DNA of 64,000 nucleotides from an uncultured Chlamydiae bacterium (GTDB lineage Bacteria; Chlamydiota; Chlamydiia; Chlamydiales; SM23-39): NCBI GenBank assembly GCA_963828125.1, contig CAWHDP010000002.1, positions 843,619 to 907,618 of the forward strand, read 5' to 3'. Shown piece by piece: positions 26,682 to 36,121 of this stretch (position 1 is its first letter; each line of letters starts with the position of its first letter). The notes under the pieces were generated by a model. It saw only the letters and a program-made list of their open reading frames with translations, ran no database searches and was not told where the DNA came from. The position numbers and the translations under genes were made by a program.

Positions 26682-29600
26682 ATGTCCGCGATGCGCATTA
26701 GTCTCGTTCTTTTTCTTCTGATCAGTCCGCTTTTTTCCGATGAGGAAATTGTGAGAGCGGAGCCTCTTGTTCTAGCTGCAGACGCAAAAGCGTCCAAACA
26801 GCAAGACGGCTACACGATCAATTACAACACTGTATCTTTGATCGAGTACATCCGTTTCGCAAGCAAAATTTGCAAAGTAAATTTTATCTATCAAGAAGAA
26901 GATCTCAATTTTACCGTCACCGTAGTCTCCGATGAGCCAGCCACCGCAGCCAATGTGATGGCGACGCTGATTCAGGTGCTGCGGGTTCACGGCCTCATGC
27001 TTCTAGAACAGGGCAACAATTTGGTCATTCACAAATCGGCCGATGTGAAACAAATGGCAACGCTCGTCACTGAAGAATCCCCAAACGGAACCGCGCCGAT
27101 CGTCACCCGGATCTTCCGCGTCAAAAACACGAAGCCCGCATCGATCGCCGCAATCATTCAGCCCATGATTTCTTCGTCCGCGATTTTAGAGGTGTCGAGT
27201 GAAACGAAACAAATTATTATTACCGACGTCACCGCGAACGTCGATAAAATTGCGGCTCTCATCGAAAATCTAGACTCTCCGCATACGCTCCTGGTCATTA
27301 AAAACTATCAGGCGGCCAATAATTCTCCCGAATTTTTGACCAGCCTGGCCAGTCAAATCATGACCCCGATCGCCCAGGGCAATCCATTCATTTTGGTTCC
27401 GCAAGATTTGGCAGGTGAAATCTTCATCGTCTCGACTCCCGAACTGGCCGACAAGGCGCTGAGCGTCTTTGCCAGCTTGGACAGCACGCCGAAAGTGAAG
27501 ATGGTCAAAGCGCGGCAAGAGGACGTTTTTGTCTATAAAGTGCTCCACAGGCCGGGCGATAAGGTGCTGGCAGATCTCGAAAATATTGCGACCAATCTCA
27601 AGGCCTCCGGCTCTGCAGACGCCGATCTGATCCAAATGATCGAAACTGCAAAATGGAGTCCCGACACCAATTCCATCGTTTTCATCGGATCGAGCGGCTC
27701 GATCGACAAAACCAAAGGGTTCCTGAGTTCTCTCGACCTTCCTCCCGAAGGGGTCGCTATCGCGGAGAAACAATCTTTCTTTATTTATAAGCCCCAATAT
27801 AAAACCGCCGAAGAAATCAGAAAATCCATTCTCGAAATGGCCTCTAATTTACAAGGGGCCAAAGGGGTGAGCCAGGGACTGATCGATACGATTTTGAATT
27901 GCAAAGTCAACTCGTCGACCCATACGATCTCTTTTTCAGGCGAAGAGGGGACCTTTCCCCGAATCAAAGAACTTCTAGCGACGATCGACACAGCTCCCCT
28001 CAAATCGAGTAGAGGGGTGATCCCTGCAAGCACTCAGTTCTATATCTACAAACCGGTCTACCTCAGCGGAGAGGCGCTCTACGCCTCACTCAAAGAATTA
28101 GAAGGAGAGCTCAAATCCGATCAATTGGCCGACCCAGCGCTTCTGAATGCACTAGGGACAATGAAATGGGTCAAATCGACCCGCTCCCTCCTTTTCACAG
28201 GCGATCCCGATTCGCTCAAAAGAATTGAAGGGTTGGTCGCCACTGTCGACGTTCCAACAAAGAGTGAAATCAGCACGTTCTTCCAATACCAGCCAAAATA
28301 TGCCAATGAGCTGAAAACAGAAAATTACCTCCGCCAAATCATTCAGAATTTAAGCAAAAAAGGGGGATCCCCTTCGCTCATCAATACGCTTAAATCGTAT
28401 AAATGGATCCCCGAGTCCAAAAGCTTCATGTTCTACGGCTCTCAGGAAAATTTAAATCAGGTTCAAATGCTCCTTGAGACCTTCGATACTCCTGGCTCCG
28501 CCTCGCAGTCGACTGGATATTTCATTTACAAAGTGCAAAATACCACCGGCGATCTCATAGAAGAAGATCTCGACCTCATAGCGAAAAATATGAAAGCCTC
28601 GGGCATTCAAGAGAGCGGCCTCATCGATTTGATCGAAAAAATCAAATACGTCAAACCGACCAATTCCCTCCTTTTAACCGGCGATGCGCAATCCCTAGAA
28701 GAGGCCAAACAACTCGTCGCTCAGTACGATTATCCCCGGCTGCCTGCAGCCCCTTCATCCAGTCATTTTTTCATTTACAAACCCATCCATCTTCCAGCGG
28801 CCCAACTCGACAAGGCGATCAAGGATCTCAGCGCAAACTTGGAAAGCGCAGGGCTTGCCGATCCCCGTCTCATCAAGACGATCGAAACCTCGAAATATGT
28901 CTCATCGACAAACACCTTTATTTTCACCGGCACCCCCGAGAGCCTGCAGAAAGTGCAAGACCTACTCAAAGACGTCGATATCCCTCCTGCAACCCACGCC
29001 CCCATTCAACACGTCGGGAAAACCACCTTCCTCCTCTATAAGCTAAAAAATGCGAGCGGCGTTCAAATTGTCAGCTCCATTAAAAATATGACCGCCGAGT
29101 TAAAAAAGTCGGGAACCGCCGATAAGGACTTTGTTGCCGCTCTCAGCACCATTAAGTACGTCAAAGAGACGAATTCCCTCTTTTTCACGGGAACCGAAGA
29201 ATCGCTCACGAAAGTGCAGGGACTCGTCGAACAATTCGACGTCACAGGCCTCGCTGGAAAACAAGAGCCCCCCCCGACGACGCCCACAGCCGGCAGCTTT
29301 TACGCCTATAAACCCCAATATGTGGCAGGGCCTGAACTCGAATCGCTCTTGCAACATTTTGCCGAAAATTTAAAGAGCAGCGGACTTGCGGACGCCGAAC
29401 TATTTAAGACGATCGCCTCGATGCGCTGGTCAGATAAGACCCAAACCCTTGTTTTCACCGGAACTCCCAAATCGCTCGATCAAATCAAAGAGATGGTCAA
29501 AGAATTCGACGTCTCTTCCAACGCCCTGGGGACAATGGGAGGCCAAAAAGAGACCTCCATCCAGGCGATCGACAACACGAGCTTTCTCGTCTACAAGCTC

Positions 29601-30767
29601 CAGTTTCACAAAGGCGACGAGATCCAAAACGCCCTCCGGCAAATCGCAAGGGATCTGACCTTAAGCAACGCCCCCGTCAATCAGGGCCTCCTCAATTCGA
29701 TCAATTCCATCCAATGGCTGGAAGTCACCAATTCGATCCTATGTTCCGGCGACCAAGACACCCTCACCCGCCTCCGCGAGTTGATCAAAAACCTCGACGT
29801 CCCCTTAAAACAAGTATTCATCGAAATGCTTGTGATCGAAACGACCCTAAGCAACGCCTTGAATTTTGGCCTCGAATGGGGAGCCAACTATAAATACCGG
29901 GACAAATTCGGCGCCAGCTCTTATAACTCTCAGCCGATCACCTCAGGCAACACCCCAAGTCAATTTCTCACCAACTTCGAGAATTTAACGCCTCCGTCCC
30001 CGCCGACCCCTTACGGCGCCCAAATCCCCATCTCCTCCGGTTTTGATCTCGGCGTCATTGGCGAAGTGATCCGCCATAATGGAGACACCTTCCTCACCCT
30101 CGGCTCGCTCATGTCCGCCCTTCAGACCGACACTGAGGCGAGCATCATCATGACGCCCAAAATCCTCACTCAGGACGGCCACACCTCGACCCTCTTTGAC
30201 GGGAGGAACATCCCCTTTGTCGGCTCCTTTGTACAAAACAACAGCCAAACAACCGTCAACACCTCCAACATTGAATACCGGGACATCGGCCTCAGCCTCA
30301 CCGTCACCCCCGTCCTCGGCAATTCAGACATCGTCACTCTCGATATCAATCTCGACCGGAGCCAAACTCTTGGCGACGTTACGGGCGCCGCGCTCAATTT
30401 CAATGCAGGCTCTGCTCAAGGGATCACCACGAGCAAAACGACCATGCAGACCACAGTCCACGTACCGGACAACAATTTTCTCATCCTCAGCGGCATGGTC
30501 AATAATTCCAATGCGAAAACCAAATCTGGCATCCCATGTCTTGGAGGACTCCCCCTCATTGGCGCCGCCTTTTCGCAAAACGGCGATACGGTGGTGAACT
30601 CCAATATTGTGATTTTTATCCGCCCCCACATCATTAATTCTGTCGATGAAATGCGAAGCCTCACCACGAAAGAGGAGGACTATTTCCGAGATCAATCTGG
30701 AACTCCTTATCTTCAAAAGAACTTCGACGAATCGATGGAGCTGATCAAAACCATCGATGACGAATAG
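26682..30767 (+). CDS. sctC: T3S outer-membrane secretin SctC (CdsC), unusually long (1361 aa)
   Basis: Signal peptide MRISLVLFLLISPLFS. N0-like and N-domain-like modules follow. The C-terminal secretin core runs from ~aa 1042 (VFIEMLVIETTLSNALNFGLEW ... DIGLSLTVTPVL ... GIPCLGGLPLIGAAFS ... IVIFIRPHII). Confidence 0.92.
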   Translation: MSAMRISLVLFLLISPLFSDEEIVRAEPLVLAADAKASKQQDGYTINYNTVSLIEYIRFASKICKVNFIYQEEDLNFTVTVVSDEPATAANVMATLIQVLRVHGLMLLEQGNNLVIHKSADVKQMATLVTEESPNGTAPIVTRIFRVKNTKPASIAAIIQPMISSSAILEVSSETKQIIITDVTANVDKIAALIENLDSPHTLLVIKNYQAANNSPEFLTSLASQIMTPIAQGNPFILVPQDLAGEIFIVSTPELADKALSVFASLDSTPKVKMVKARQEDVFVYKVLHRPGDKVLADLENIATNLKASGSADADLIQMIETAKWSPDTNSIVFIGSSGSIDKTKGFLSSLDLPPEGVAIAEKQSFFIYKPQYKTAEEIRKSILEMASNLQGAKGVSQGLIDTILNCKVNSSTHTISFSGEEGTFPRIKELLATIDTAPLKSSRGVIPASTQFYIYKPVYLSGEALYASLKELEGELKSDQLADPALLNALGTMKWVKSTRSLLFTGDPDSLKRIEGLVATVDVPTKSEISTFFQYQPKYANELKTENYLRQIIQNLSKKGGSPSLINTLKSYKWIPESKSFMFYGSQENLNQVQMLLETFDTPGSASQSTGYFIYKVQNTTGDLIEEDLDLIAKNMKASGIQESGLIDLIEKIKYVKPTNSLLLTGDAQSLEEAKQLVAQYDYPRLPAAPSSSHFFIYKPIHLPAAQLDKAIKDLSANLESAGLADPRLIKTIETSKYVSSTNTFIFTGTPESLQKVQDLLKDVDIPPATHAPIQHVGKTTFLLYKLKNASGVQIVSSIKNMTAELKKSGTADKDFVAALSTIKYVKETNSLFFTGTEESLTKVQGLVEQFDVTGLAGKQEPPPTTPTAGSFYAYKPQYVAGPELESLLQHFAENLKSSGLADAELFKTIASMRWSDKTQTLVFTGTPKSLDQIKEMVKEFDVSSNALGTMGGQKETSIQAIDNTSFLVYKLQFHKGDEIQNALRQIARDLTLSNAPVNQGLLNSINSIQWLEVTNSILCSGDQDTLTRLRELIKNLDVPLKQVFIEMLVIETTLSNALNFGLEWGANYKYRDKFGASSYNSQPITSGNTPSQFLTNFENLTPPSPPTPYGAQIPISSGFDLGVIGEVIRHNGDTFLTLGSLMSALQTDTEASIIMTPKILTQDGHTSTLFDGRNIPFVGSFVQNNSQTTVNTSNIEYRDIGLSLTVTPVLGNSDIVTLDINLDRSQTLGDVTGAALNFNAGSAQGITTSKTTMQTTVHVPDNNFLILSGMVNNSNAKTKSGIPCLGGLPLIGAAFSQNGDTVVNSNIVIFIRPHIINSVDEMRSLTTKEEDYFRDQSGTPYLQKNFDESMELIKTIDDE
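27525..29804 (+). repeat. Nine tandem, diverged ~80-95-aa protein modules inside sctC (protein-level repeat, secretin N-domain-like)
   Basis: Module starts at aa 282, 366, 453, 533, 613, 696, 783, 873 and 968 (nt 27525, 27777, 28038, 28278, 28518, 28767, 29028, 29298, 29583). Each follows F-x-[IVY]-YK-x6-10-L-x8-L-K-x-SG-x4-L-x9-[KW/KY]-x5-[NS]-x-[LIV]-x-F-x-G-x3-SL-x9-D-[VI]-P. Confidence 0.85.
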
Positions 30768-31698
30768 ACTCCTCCCCCTCTTTTTCCTCCTATTCGCCGC
30801 CTGCTACCGCGTTCCCGACCGGATTGAGCCTCGCGTCTCTTACCAGTTGCAAGATCAATATTTTCAGCATCTAACCGGAGCCTTCCCCCCCTTAACTCCC
30901 GAAGAGCGGGCCTCCGACTGGGGCAAGGAGTACCTCATCGCCCGGACCTTTGCTGCTGAACTCGACCTGTATCGGGCCGTTTCCACCTTCAAACGGGCCG
31001 AAATCCTCATTGAAGGGAGAAAAGAGCGAAAAGTCGAAATCGAGTACGACATTCTCCTCTGTTTTTTTCTCGGCAAAAAATACACCGACGCCATCTCAGC
31101 CTTTGAGAGGAGCGATCTAGCCCATGTAGACAAGACCTTCCCCGCCTACCACGATCTCCTCCTCGTCCTCTATGAATCGTACCGTGAAGTGGGCGATCCG
31201 GAAAAACAGGCCAAGATCCTCGAATTGATCGAGAAGACCTTTCCCGACGCCAGCGAAGAGCTCAAAGTCTCTCTCGCCATCCGAGGGGGCGATCTGAGCA
31301 AGATCCGAGAATTTGCCTGCGGCTTCCAGAGCCCCTCCTACCTGGACAATATGCTGGGCAGCTATCAGCAACAGAAGAAATCTGTTGCCGCTGCGCAGGC
31401 GCTGAACGCCCTCTTTCCGGGCGCCGGATACCTCTACATCGGCCAGAGGAAATCGGCCCTCACCGCCTTCCTCCTCAATGGCCTCTTTATCGCCGCCGCC
31501 ACTGAATTTTTTCTCCACAACCACCTCGCCGCCGGCATCATCACAACCGGCTTTGAAGTCGGCTGGTATTTTGGCGGCATTTATGGCGCTGGCGAAGAGG
31601 CCAAATACTACAACGAGCGGATCTATGAACGGTCCGCTGCAGTGATATTGAACGAACATAAACTTTTTCCCATACTGATGCTCGACCATGCTTTTTAA
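30757..31698 (+). CDS. Predicted lipoprotein with TPR-like region and C-terminal membrane segments, translationally coupled to sctC
   Basis: MTNRLLPLFFLLFAAC has a lipobox-like FAAC. The helical TPR-like middle includes DLYRAVSTFKRAEILIEG and FFLGKKYTDAISAFE. The C-terminus LFPGAGYLYIGQRKSALTAFLLNGLFIAAATEFFL...GIITTGFEVGWYFGGIYG holds 2-3 TM segments. The start overlaps the sctC 3' end by 11 nt. Confidence 0.65.
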   Translation: MTNRLLPLFFLLFAACYRVPDRIEPRVSYQLQDQYFQHLTGAFPPLTPEERASDWGKEYLIARTFAAELDLYRAVSTFKRAEILIEGRKERKVEIEYDILLCFFLGKKYTDAISAFERSDLAHVDKTFPAYHDLLLVLYESYREVGDPEKQAKILELIEKTFPDASEELKVSLAIRGGDLSKIREFACGFQSPSYLDNMLGSYQQQKKSVAAAQALNALFPGAGYLYIGQRKSALTAFLLNGLFIAAATEFFLHNHLAAGIITTGFEVGWYFGGIYGAGEEAKYYNERIYERSAAVILNEHKLFPILMLDHAF

Positions 31699-32068
31699 TC
31701 TTTTGCTATCTGCCGCGCTCGTTGCCCACGCTGGATATTTTGAACCTTGGGGTCAAGACAGCGATCTAAAAGCCCCTTCCCCTCCCCCCAAAACAGAAGA
31801 ACTTTCGATAGCCACCCGCATTGCTGACGCCGTCATCCATTTTCATCAGACCGTGATCTCGCCCGTCGACGGACCCCGAAGCCATTATCGCCCCAGCTCA
31901 TCCCAATACATGCAGCAAGCGATGCACAACTACGGGTTTTTAAAAGGATTCATTATGGGATGCGACCGGCTGCTGCGGGAAAACGATGAGGAGTGGGTTT
32001 ATCGGACTATCCAGATCGACGGGAAGTTTTTTAAGTATGACCCCGCAAAGATCAACAAGTATGAATAA
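31688..32068 (+). CDS. YidD-like (membrane protein insertion efficiency factor family) protein lacking the conserved cysteines, with signal peptide
   Basis: [47 protein letters not shown] aligns by eye to E. coli YidD [46 protein letters not shown]. The three Cys positions read S, S and E. N-terminal [16 protein letters not shown]. An 11-nt overlap links it to the upstream gene. Confidence 0.6.
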   Translation: MLFNLLLSAALVAHAGYFEPWGQDSDLKAPSPPPKTEELSIATRIADAVIHFHQTVISPVDGPRSHYRPSSSQYMQQAMHNYGFLKGFIMGCDRLLRENDEEWVYRTIQIDGKFFKYDPAKINKYE

Positions 32069-32082
32069 CGGATTGGAACATT

Positions 32083-34830
32083 ATGAAAAAAAAATCGCTC
32101 GGCAAATATAGCTATTACTCACTTCCAGATCTTTTGGGCTCCCACTCCCGCCTGCCCGTTTCCATCCGGATCATTCTCGAATCGCTGATGCGCAATTGCG
32201 ATGGAAAAAGGGTGCGGGAAGAGGACGTCAAGCGGCTCGCCCAGTACAATGCCCATAAACCCGATCCGAGCGACGTCCCCTTTTGCGTAGCGCGGGTGAT
32301 TTTGCAAGATTTTACCGGGGTTCCCCTCCTCGTCGATCTGGCGGCGATGCGCGATGCGGTGAGCGATCCGAAAAAAATCGAGCCGCTCGTTCCAGTCGAT
32401 CTGGTGATCGACCATTCGGTTCAAGTGGACCGTTCGGGGACAGTCGATGCGTTTTTATTCAATCTGCAAATTGAGTTCGAGCGGAATCGGGAACGGTATG
32501 AATTTTTGAAATGGGGGCAGGAGGCGTTCAAATCGTTCAAGGTAGTCCCTCCAGGAATCGGGATTGTCCACCAAGTCAATTTAGAGCATATAGCCACCGT
32601 AGTTGCCGAAAAAGACGGAGTTCTTTACCCCGACACGCTCGTCGGGACCGATTCCCACACGACGATGATCAATGGCCTCGGGGTAGTAGGCTGGGGAGTC
32701 GGAGGGATCGAAGCAGAGGCGGCGATGTTAGGTCAGCCAGTTTCTTTGCAAACGCCGGAGGTGATCGGAGTCCATATCGACGGCAAAATGCCAGAGGGGG
32801 TGACGGCGACCGACCTCACTTTGAGGGTCACGGAGCTGCTCCGAAAAGAGAAGGTGGTGGGCAAATTCGTCGAATTTTTCGGTGCGGGGACAGCGAGCTT
32901 GACGGTGGCCGACCGGGCGACGATCGGCAATATGGCCCCCGAGTATGGGGCCACAATGGGCTTTTTCCCTGTCGATGAAAAGACGATTGAGTACTTGAGA
33001 ATGACCGGACGGGATCAGGCCCACGTCGATCTGGTTGAAAAATATCTGAGGGCGCAGCAGCTATTCGGGATTCCTCGAAAAGGGGAGATCGACTACACAA
33101 AAGTGATCGAGCTGGATCTCTCTTCGCTAAGACCGTCGGTGGCGGGGCCAAAACGGCCCCAAGACCGGATCGCTTTGAGCGATCTCAAGCACAAGTTCAA
33201 AGAGCTTTTTTCTTTGCCGATTTCTTCTGGAGGGTACGAAAAACCTGCCTCTGAATGGGAAAAAAGAGTGGTGATCCGCTCGGACGGGTCGTTTGCCGTC
33301 GAGGCGCCGCTGAATTCGGGAGGAACCGAAAGGCCAGGAGACGTCAAATCGATTTGGAGCGAACAGGAGATGTTGACAAACCGGCCGCTGACGAACCCCG
33401 TTGTAGCGCCCGGATATAATGAATCGGTTCCCTATGAGGGAAAATTGGGCCACGGTTCTGTCGTGATTGCAGCGATCACAAGCTGCACAAACACGAGCAA
33501 TCCATTTGTGATGATCGGAGCCGCTCTTGTAGCCAAGAAGGCGGTCGAGAAAGGGCTTAAAGTCAATCCGATAGTCAAGACAAGTCTTGCTCCCGGCTCG
33601 CGAGTCGTGACCGACTATTTGGCCAAAACAGGACTGCAAAAATATCTCGATCAGCTCGGCTTTCAACTCGTCGCCTACGGCTGCACGACCTGCATCGGCA
33701 ATAGCGGTCCTCTCGAGGCCAAAATCGAGCGGCCGATTAAGGAGCACGATTTGATCGCGGCGAGCGTTTTGAGCGGCAACCGGAATTTCGAAGCGCGGAT
33801 CCATGGATCGGTCAAAGCGAATTTCCTGATGTCCCCGCCTCTTGTGGTCGCTTTTGCTTTGGCAGGGCGCATCGATATCGATATGGCTCAAGATCCGCTC
33901 GGAAAGGACTGGGAGGGAAACCCGGTTTATTTGAAAGACATTTGGCCGTCGTCAGAGGAAATTTACGAGGCGATCGCCAAAGGGATCCATCCAGAGATGT
34001 TCAAAAAACGGTATGCCAATGTTTTAACCGACAACCCGGTTTGGGACACGATTCCGGCCAAAAAAAGCGCTAAATATCCGTGGGACGCCAAGAGCACCTA
34101 TATTCGGAAACCGCCGTTTTTTGAGGCGCGGGTCAAACCAAATTTTGTCGGACTGCGGCCCCTGCTGCTTCTCGGCGACTCTGTCACCACCGATCACATC
34201 TCTCCCGCAGGCGCCTTCAAAGCCGATACCCCTGCGGGAAAATATCTCCTCGCCCATGGGGTGAAAGAAGAAGATTTCAACAGTTATGGGAGCCGGAGGG
34301 GCAACCACGAAGTGATGATGCGCGGCACGTTTGCCAATGTGAGGATCCTCAACAAAATGGCGAAGGGCAAAGAGGGGGGATTCACCGCCCTCATGCCAGA
34401 GGGGACCGTCATGCCGATTTACGACGCATGCCAAAAATATGGAGAAAAAAAAATCCCACTGATCGTATTTGCAGGGAAAGACTATGGGATGGGGAGTTCT
34501 CGCGATTGGGCGGCAAAGGGGACCGCTCTCTTAGGAGTGAGAGCCGTCGTGGCGCAGAATTTTGAGAGGATCCATCGGAGCAATTTGATCGGCATGGGAG
34601 TCCTCCCGCTCCAATTCCAAGAGGGAGAAAGTTGGGAGAGTATCGGAATTACCGGAAATGAGACCTTTACCCTCCACTTTGAGAACAAGCTCGCCCCAAG
34701 ACAGAAAGCGATCCTCGAATTCGGATCGAAAAAGGCCAAGCTGATCGCCTGTCTCGACACTCCAATGGAAATCGAAATATACGAACGGGGGGGGATATTA
34801 CCTCTTGTCTTGGAGCACCTTGACAAATAA
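32083..34830 (+). CDS. acnA: Aconitate hydratase A
   Basis: 915 aa with [24 protein letters not shown] and [13 protein letters not shown] (Fe-S cluster Cys ligands). A swivel domain follows at the C-terminus. Confidence 0.95.
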   Translation: MKKKSLGKYSYYSLPDLLGSHSRLPVSIRIILESLMRNCDGKRVREEDVKRLAQYNAHKPDPSDVPFCVARVILQDFTGVPLLVDLAAMRDAVSDPKKIEPLVPVDLVIDHSVQVDRSGTVDAFLFNLQIEFERNRERYEFLKWGQEAFKSFKVVPPGIGIVHQVNLEHIATVVAEKDGVLYPDTLVGTDSHTTMINGLGVVGWGVGGIEAEAAMLGQPVSLQTPEVIGVHIDGKMPEGVTATDLTLRVTELLRKEKVVGKFVEFFGAGTASLTVADRATIGNMAPEYGATMGFFPVDEKTIEYLRMTGRDQAHVDLVEKYLRAQQLFGIPRKGEIDYTKVIELDLSSLRPSVAGPKRPQDRIALSDLKHKFKELFSLPISSGGYEKPASEWEKRVVIRSDGSFAVEAPLNSGGTERPGDVKSIWSEQEMLTNRPLTNPVVAPGYNESVPYEGKLGHGSVVIAAITSCTNTSNPFVMIGAALVAKKAVEKGLKVNPIVKTSLAPGSRVVTDYLAKTGLQKYLDQLGFQLVAYGCTTCIGNSGPLEAKIERPIKEHDLIAASVLSGNRNFEARIHGSVKANFLMSPPLVVAFALAGRIDIDMAQDPLGKDWEGNPVYLKDIWPSSEEIYEAIAKGIHPEMFKKRYANVLTDNPVWDTIPAKKSAKYPWDAKSTYIRKPPFFEARVKPNFVGLRPLLLLGDSVTTDHISPAGAFKADTPAGKYLLAHGVKEEDFNSYGSRRGNHEVMMRGTFANVRILNKMAKGKEGGFTALMPEGTVMPIYDACQKYGEKKIPLIVFAGKDYGMGSSRDWAAKGTALLGVRAVVAQNFERIHRSNLIGMGVLPLQFQEGESWESIGITGNETFTLHFENKLAPRQKAILEFGSKKAKLIACLDTPMEIEIYERGGILPLVLEHLDK

Positions 34831-34847
34831 TCTGCTATCATCGGATA

Positions 34848-36002
34848 ATGCCCGGGCTTATGGCTGTCGGAATCTCTGAAGAGAGCTCGGGGTGGGATCG
34901 TACTCTGCTCTACGGTTCGTCCCTCTGCGCAGAGCCCATTTGCACGGTGGCTTACTGGGCATATAGGGTGGTCGCCCCTCTTGATCCGATGAAGTTCGAT
35001 AACTGCCAAAACAGGATCGTCGAGGCGGCGCTCCGTCTTTTCACAGTCGTCCTCGCCCTCGCAGCAACCGTCACAGTCGTGATCCCTCTGACCCTCCTCG
35101 CACTTGGGGTAGCGAGCAAAGTCCTTCGGGCTGCTGGCTTCGCCCTGCAAAAAAATGGGTATACCCACGTCCGAGGCGATCTTCCTGAAGCGACCCTCAC
35201 AGACGGAAGGGCCAAGCTGATGACGTGGAATGTGTGCGGCATTGGCGCCGGCCTGCATTACGATCACGGCGGCGTAAACCATTGGAGTTCCCGCGTGGAC
35301 GAAATCTCTGCGAAAATCATTGCCGAAAATCCAGACGTTTTAGTTCTCCAAGAAATCTATGACACCGCTTTTGCCGAAGCGCTCATTCAAAAACTCAAAT
35401 CGCACTACGCCCACATCTACTTCCATCTGGGCCCCAATACGCTCGGCAGCGTCGGAGGCGGGATGGTGCTGACAAAATGCGCCGTACACAGCTTTTCGAG
35501 CGCCTCGTTCGACAATAACAGCTGGCAGCTCAACCGGACATTGGCCTGTCTGGAAATCAAGGCCAGTCCGGAAGCTCTCGTCCCCTGCGCTCGGATCATA
35601 GGAACCCATTTGATCGATGAGAATTATAACAAGCAAATGGAGCAGTGGACTCAAATCAAGAATTTTTTTGAAACGCAAGAGCAGAAAATCCCCACCGTGT
35701 TGCTCGGCGATCTCAATTTGGAGAGAGACAAGCCGATGGAAGGGGGCCTCTTAGGTGTTGATTTGGAACACAGCTATGTAGGATTGGAGCCGACCCGGAC
35801 AGCTAAACTCCTTGAACAGTGGGATAAGAATTTAGTCGATTCTGGCGACTTCATCGATTATATTTCACGGTTTATCAAAGATTGCCCCGACGCCGTGCAA
35901 CTCAAGGACGCCCATTTGGTTAAAGCCTACACCGACGATTATGACACCACAACCGCCTCCTCAGACCATAACGCCTTAGCTGCAACCCTTTGCGGCCTCT
36001 GA
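34848..36002 (+). CDS. Endonuclease/exonuclease/phosphatase (EEP)-fold enzyme with N-terminal bilobed hydrophobic segment
   Basis: EEP motifs LMTWNVCG, VLVLQEI, VLLGDLNL and SDHNALAATL. The N-terminal LFTVVLALAATVTVVIPLTLLALGVASKVL is hydrophobic with a central Pro. Confidence 0.75.
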   Translation: MPGLMAVGISEESSGWDRTLLYGSSLCAEPICTVAYWAYRVVAPLDPMKFDNCQNRIVEAALRLFTVVLALAATVTVVIPLTLLALGVASKVLRAAGFALQKNGYTHVRGDLPEATLTDGRAKLMTWNVCGIGAGLHYDHGGVNHWSSRVDEISAKIIAENPDVLVLQEIYDTAFAEALIQKLKSHYAHIYFHLGPNTLGSVGGGMVLTKCAVHSFSSASFDNNSWQLNRTLACLEIKASPEALVPCARIIGTHLIDENYNKQMEQWTQIKNFFETQEQKIPTVLLGDLNLERDKPMEGGLLGVDLEHSYVGLEPTRTAKLLEQWDKNLVDSGDFIDYISRFIKDCPDAVQLKDAHLVKAYTDDYDTTTASSDHNALAATLCGL

Positions 36003-36098
36003 AACATGAACCTATCTCTGTATGCTTATTCAAATCTTAACAATGATTATTTTTGGGCAAACAAAAAACAGGATGCACAAGATCAGGCATGATGCACA

Positions 36099-36121
36099 GG
36101 ATGCAGGGAAGCCCTGCATCC
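36099..36121. terminator. Hairpin in the A/T-rich spacer downstream of the EEP gene (weak terminator candidate)
   Basis: ggatgcaggg-aag-ccctgcatcc is a perfect 10-bp stem. It is nested in a second pairing, ggcatgatgc (36087-36096) with gcatcatgcc (36144-36153). No clean U-tract follows. Confidence 0.3.

Noticed and set aside
27525-29804. Possibility that the periodic sctC region is a CRISPR-like or DNA-level tandem repeat
   Set aside because: The periodicity exists only at the protein-motif level. The nucleotide sequences of the modules are diverged, and there are no identical direct repeats or spacers. No cas genes are present in the window.
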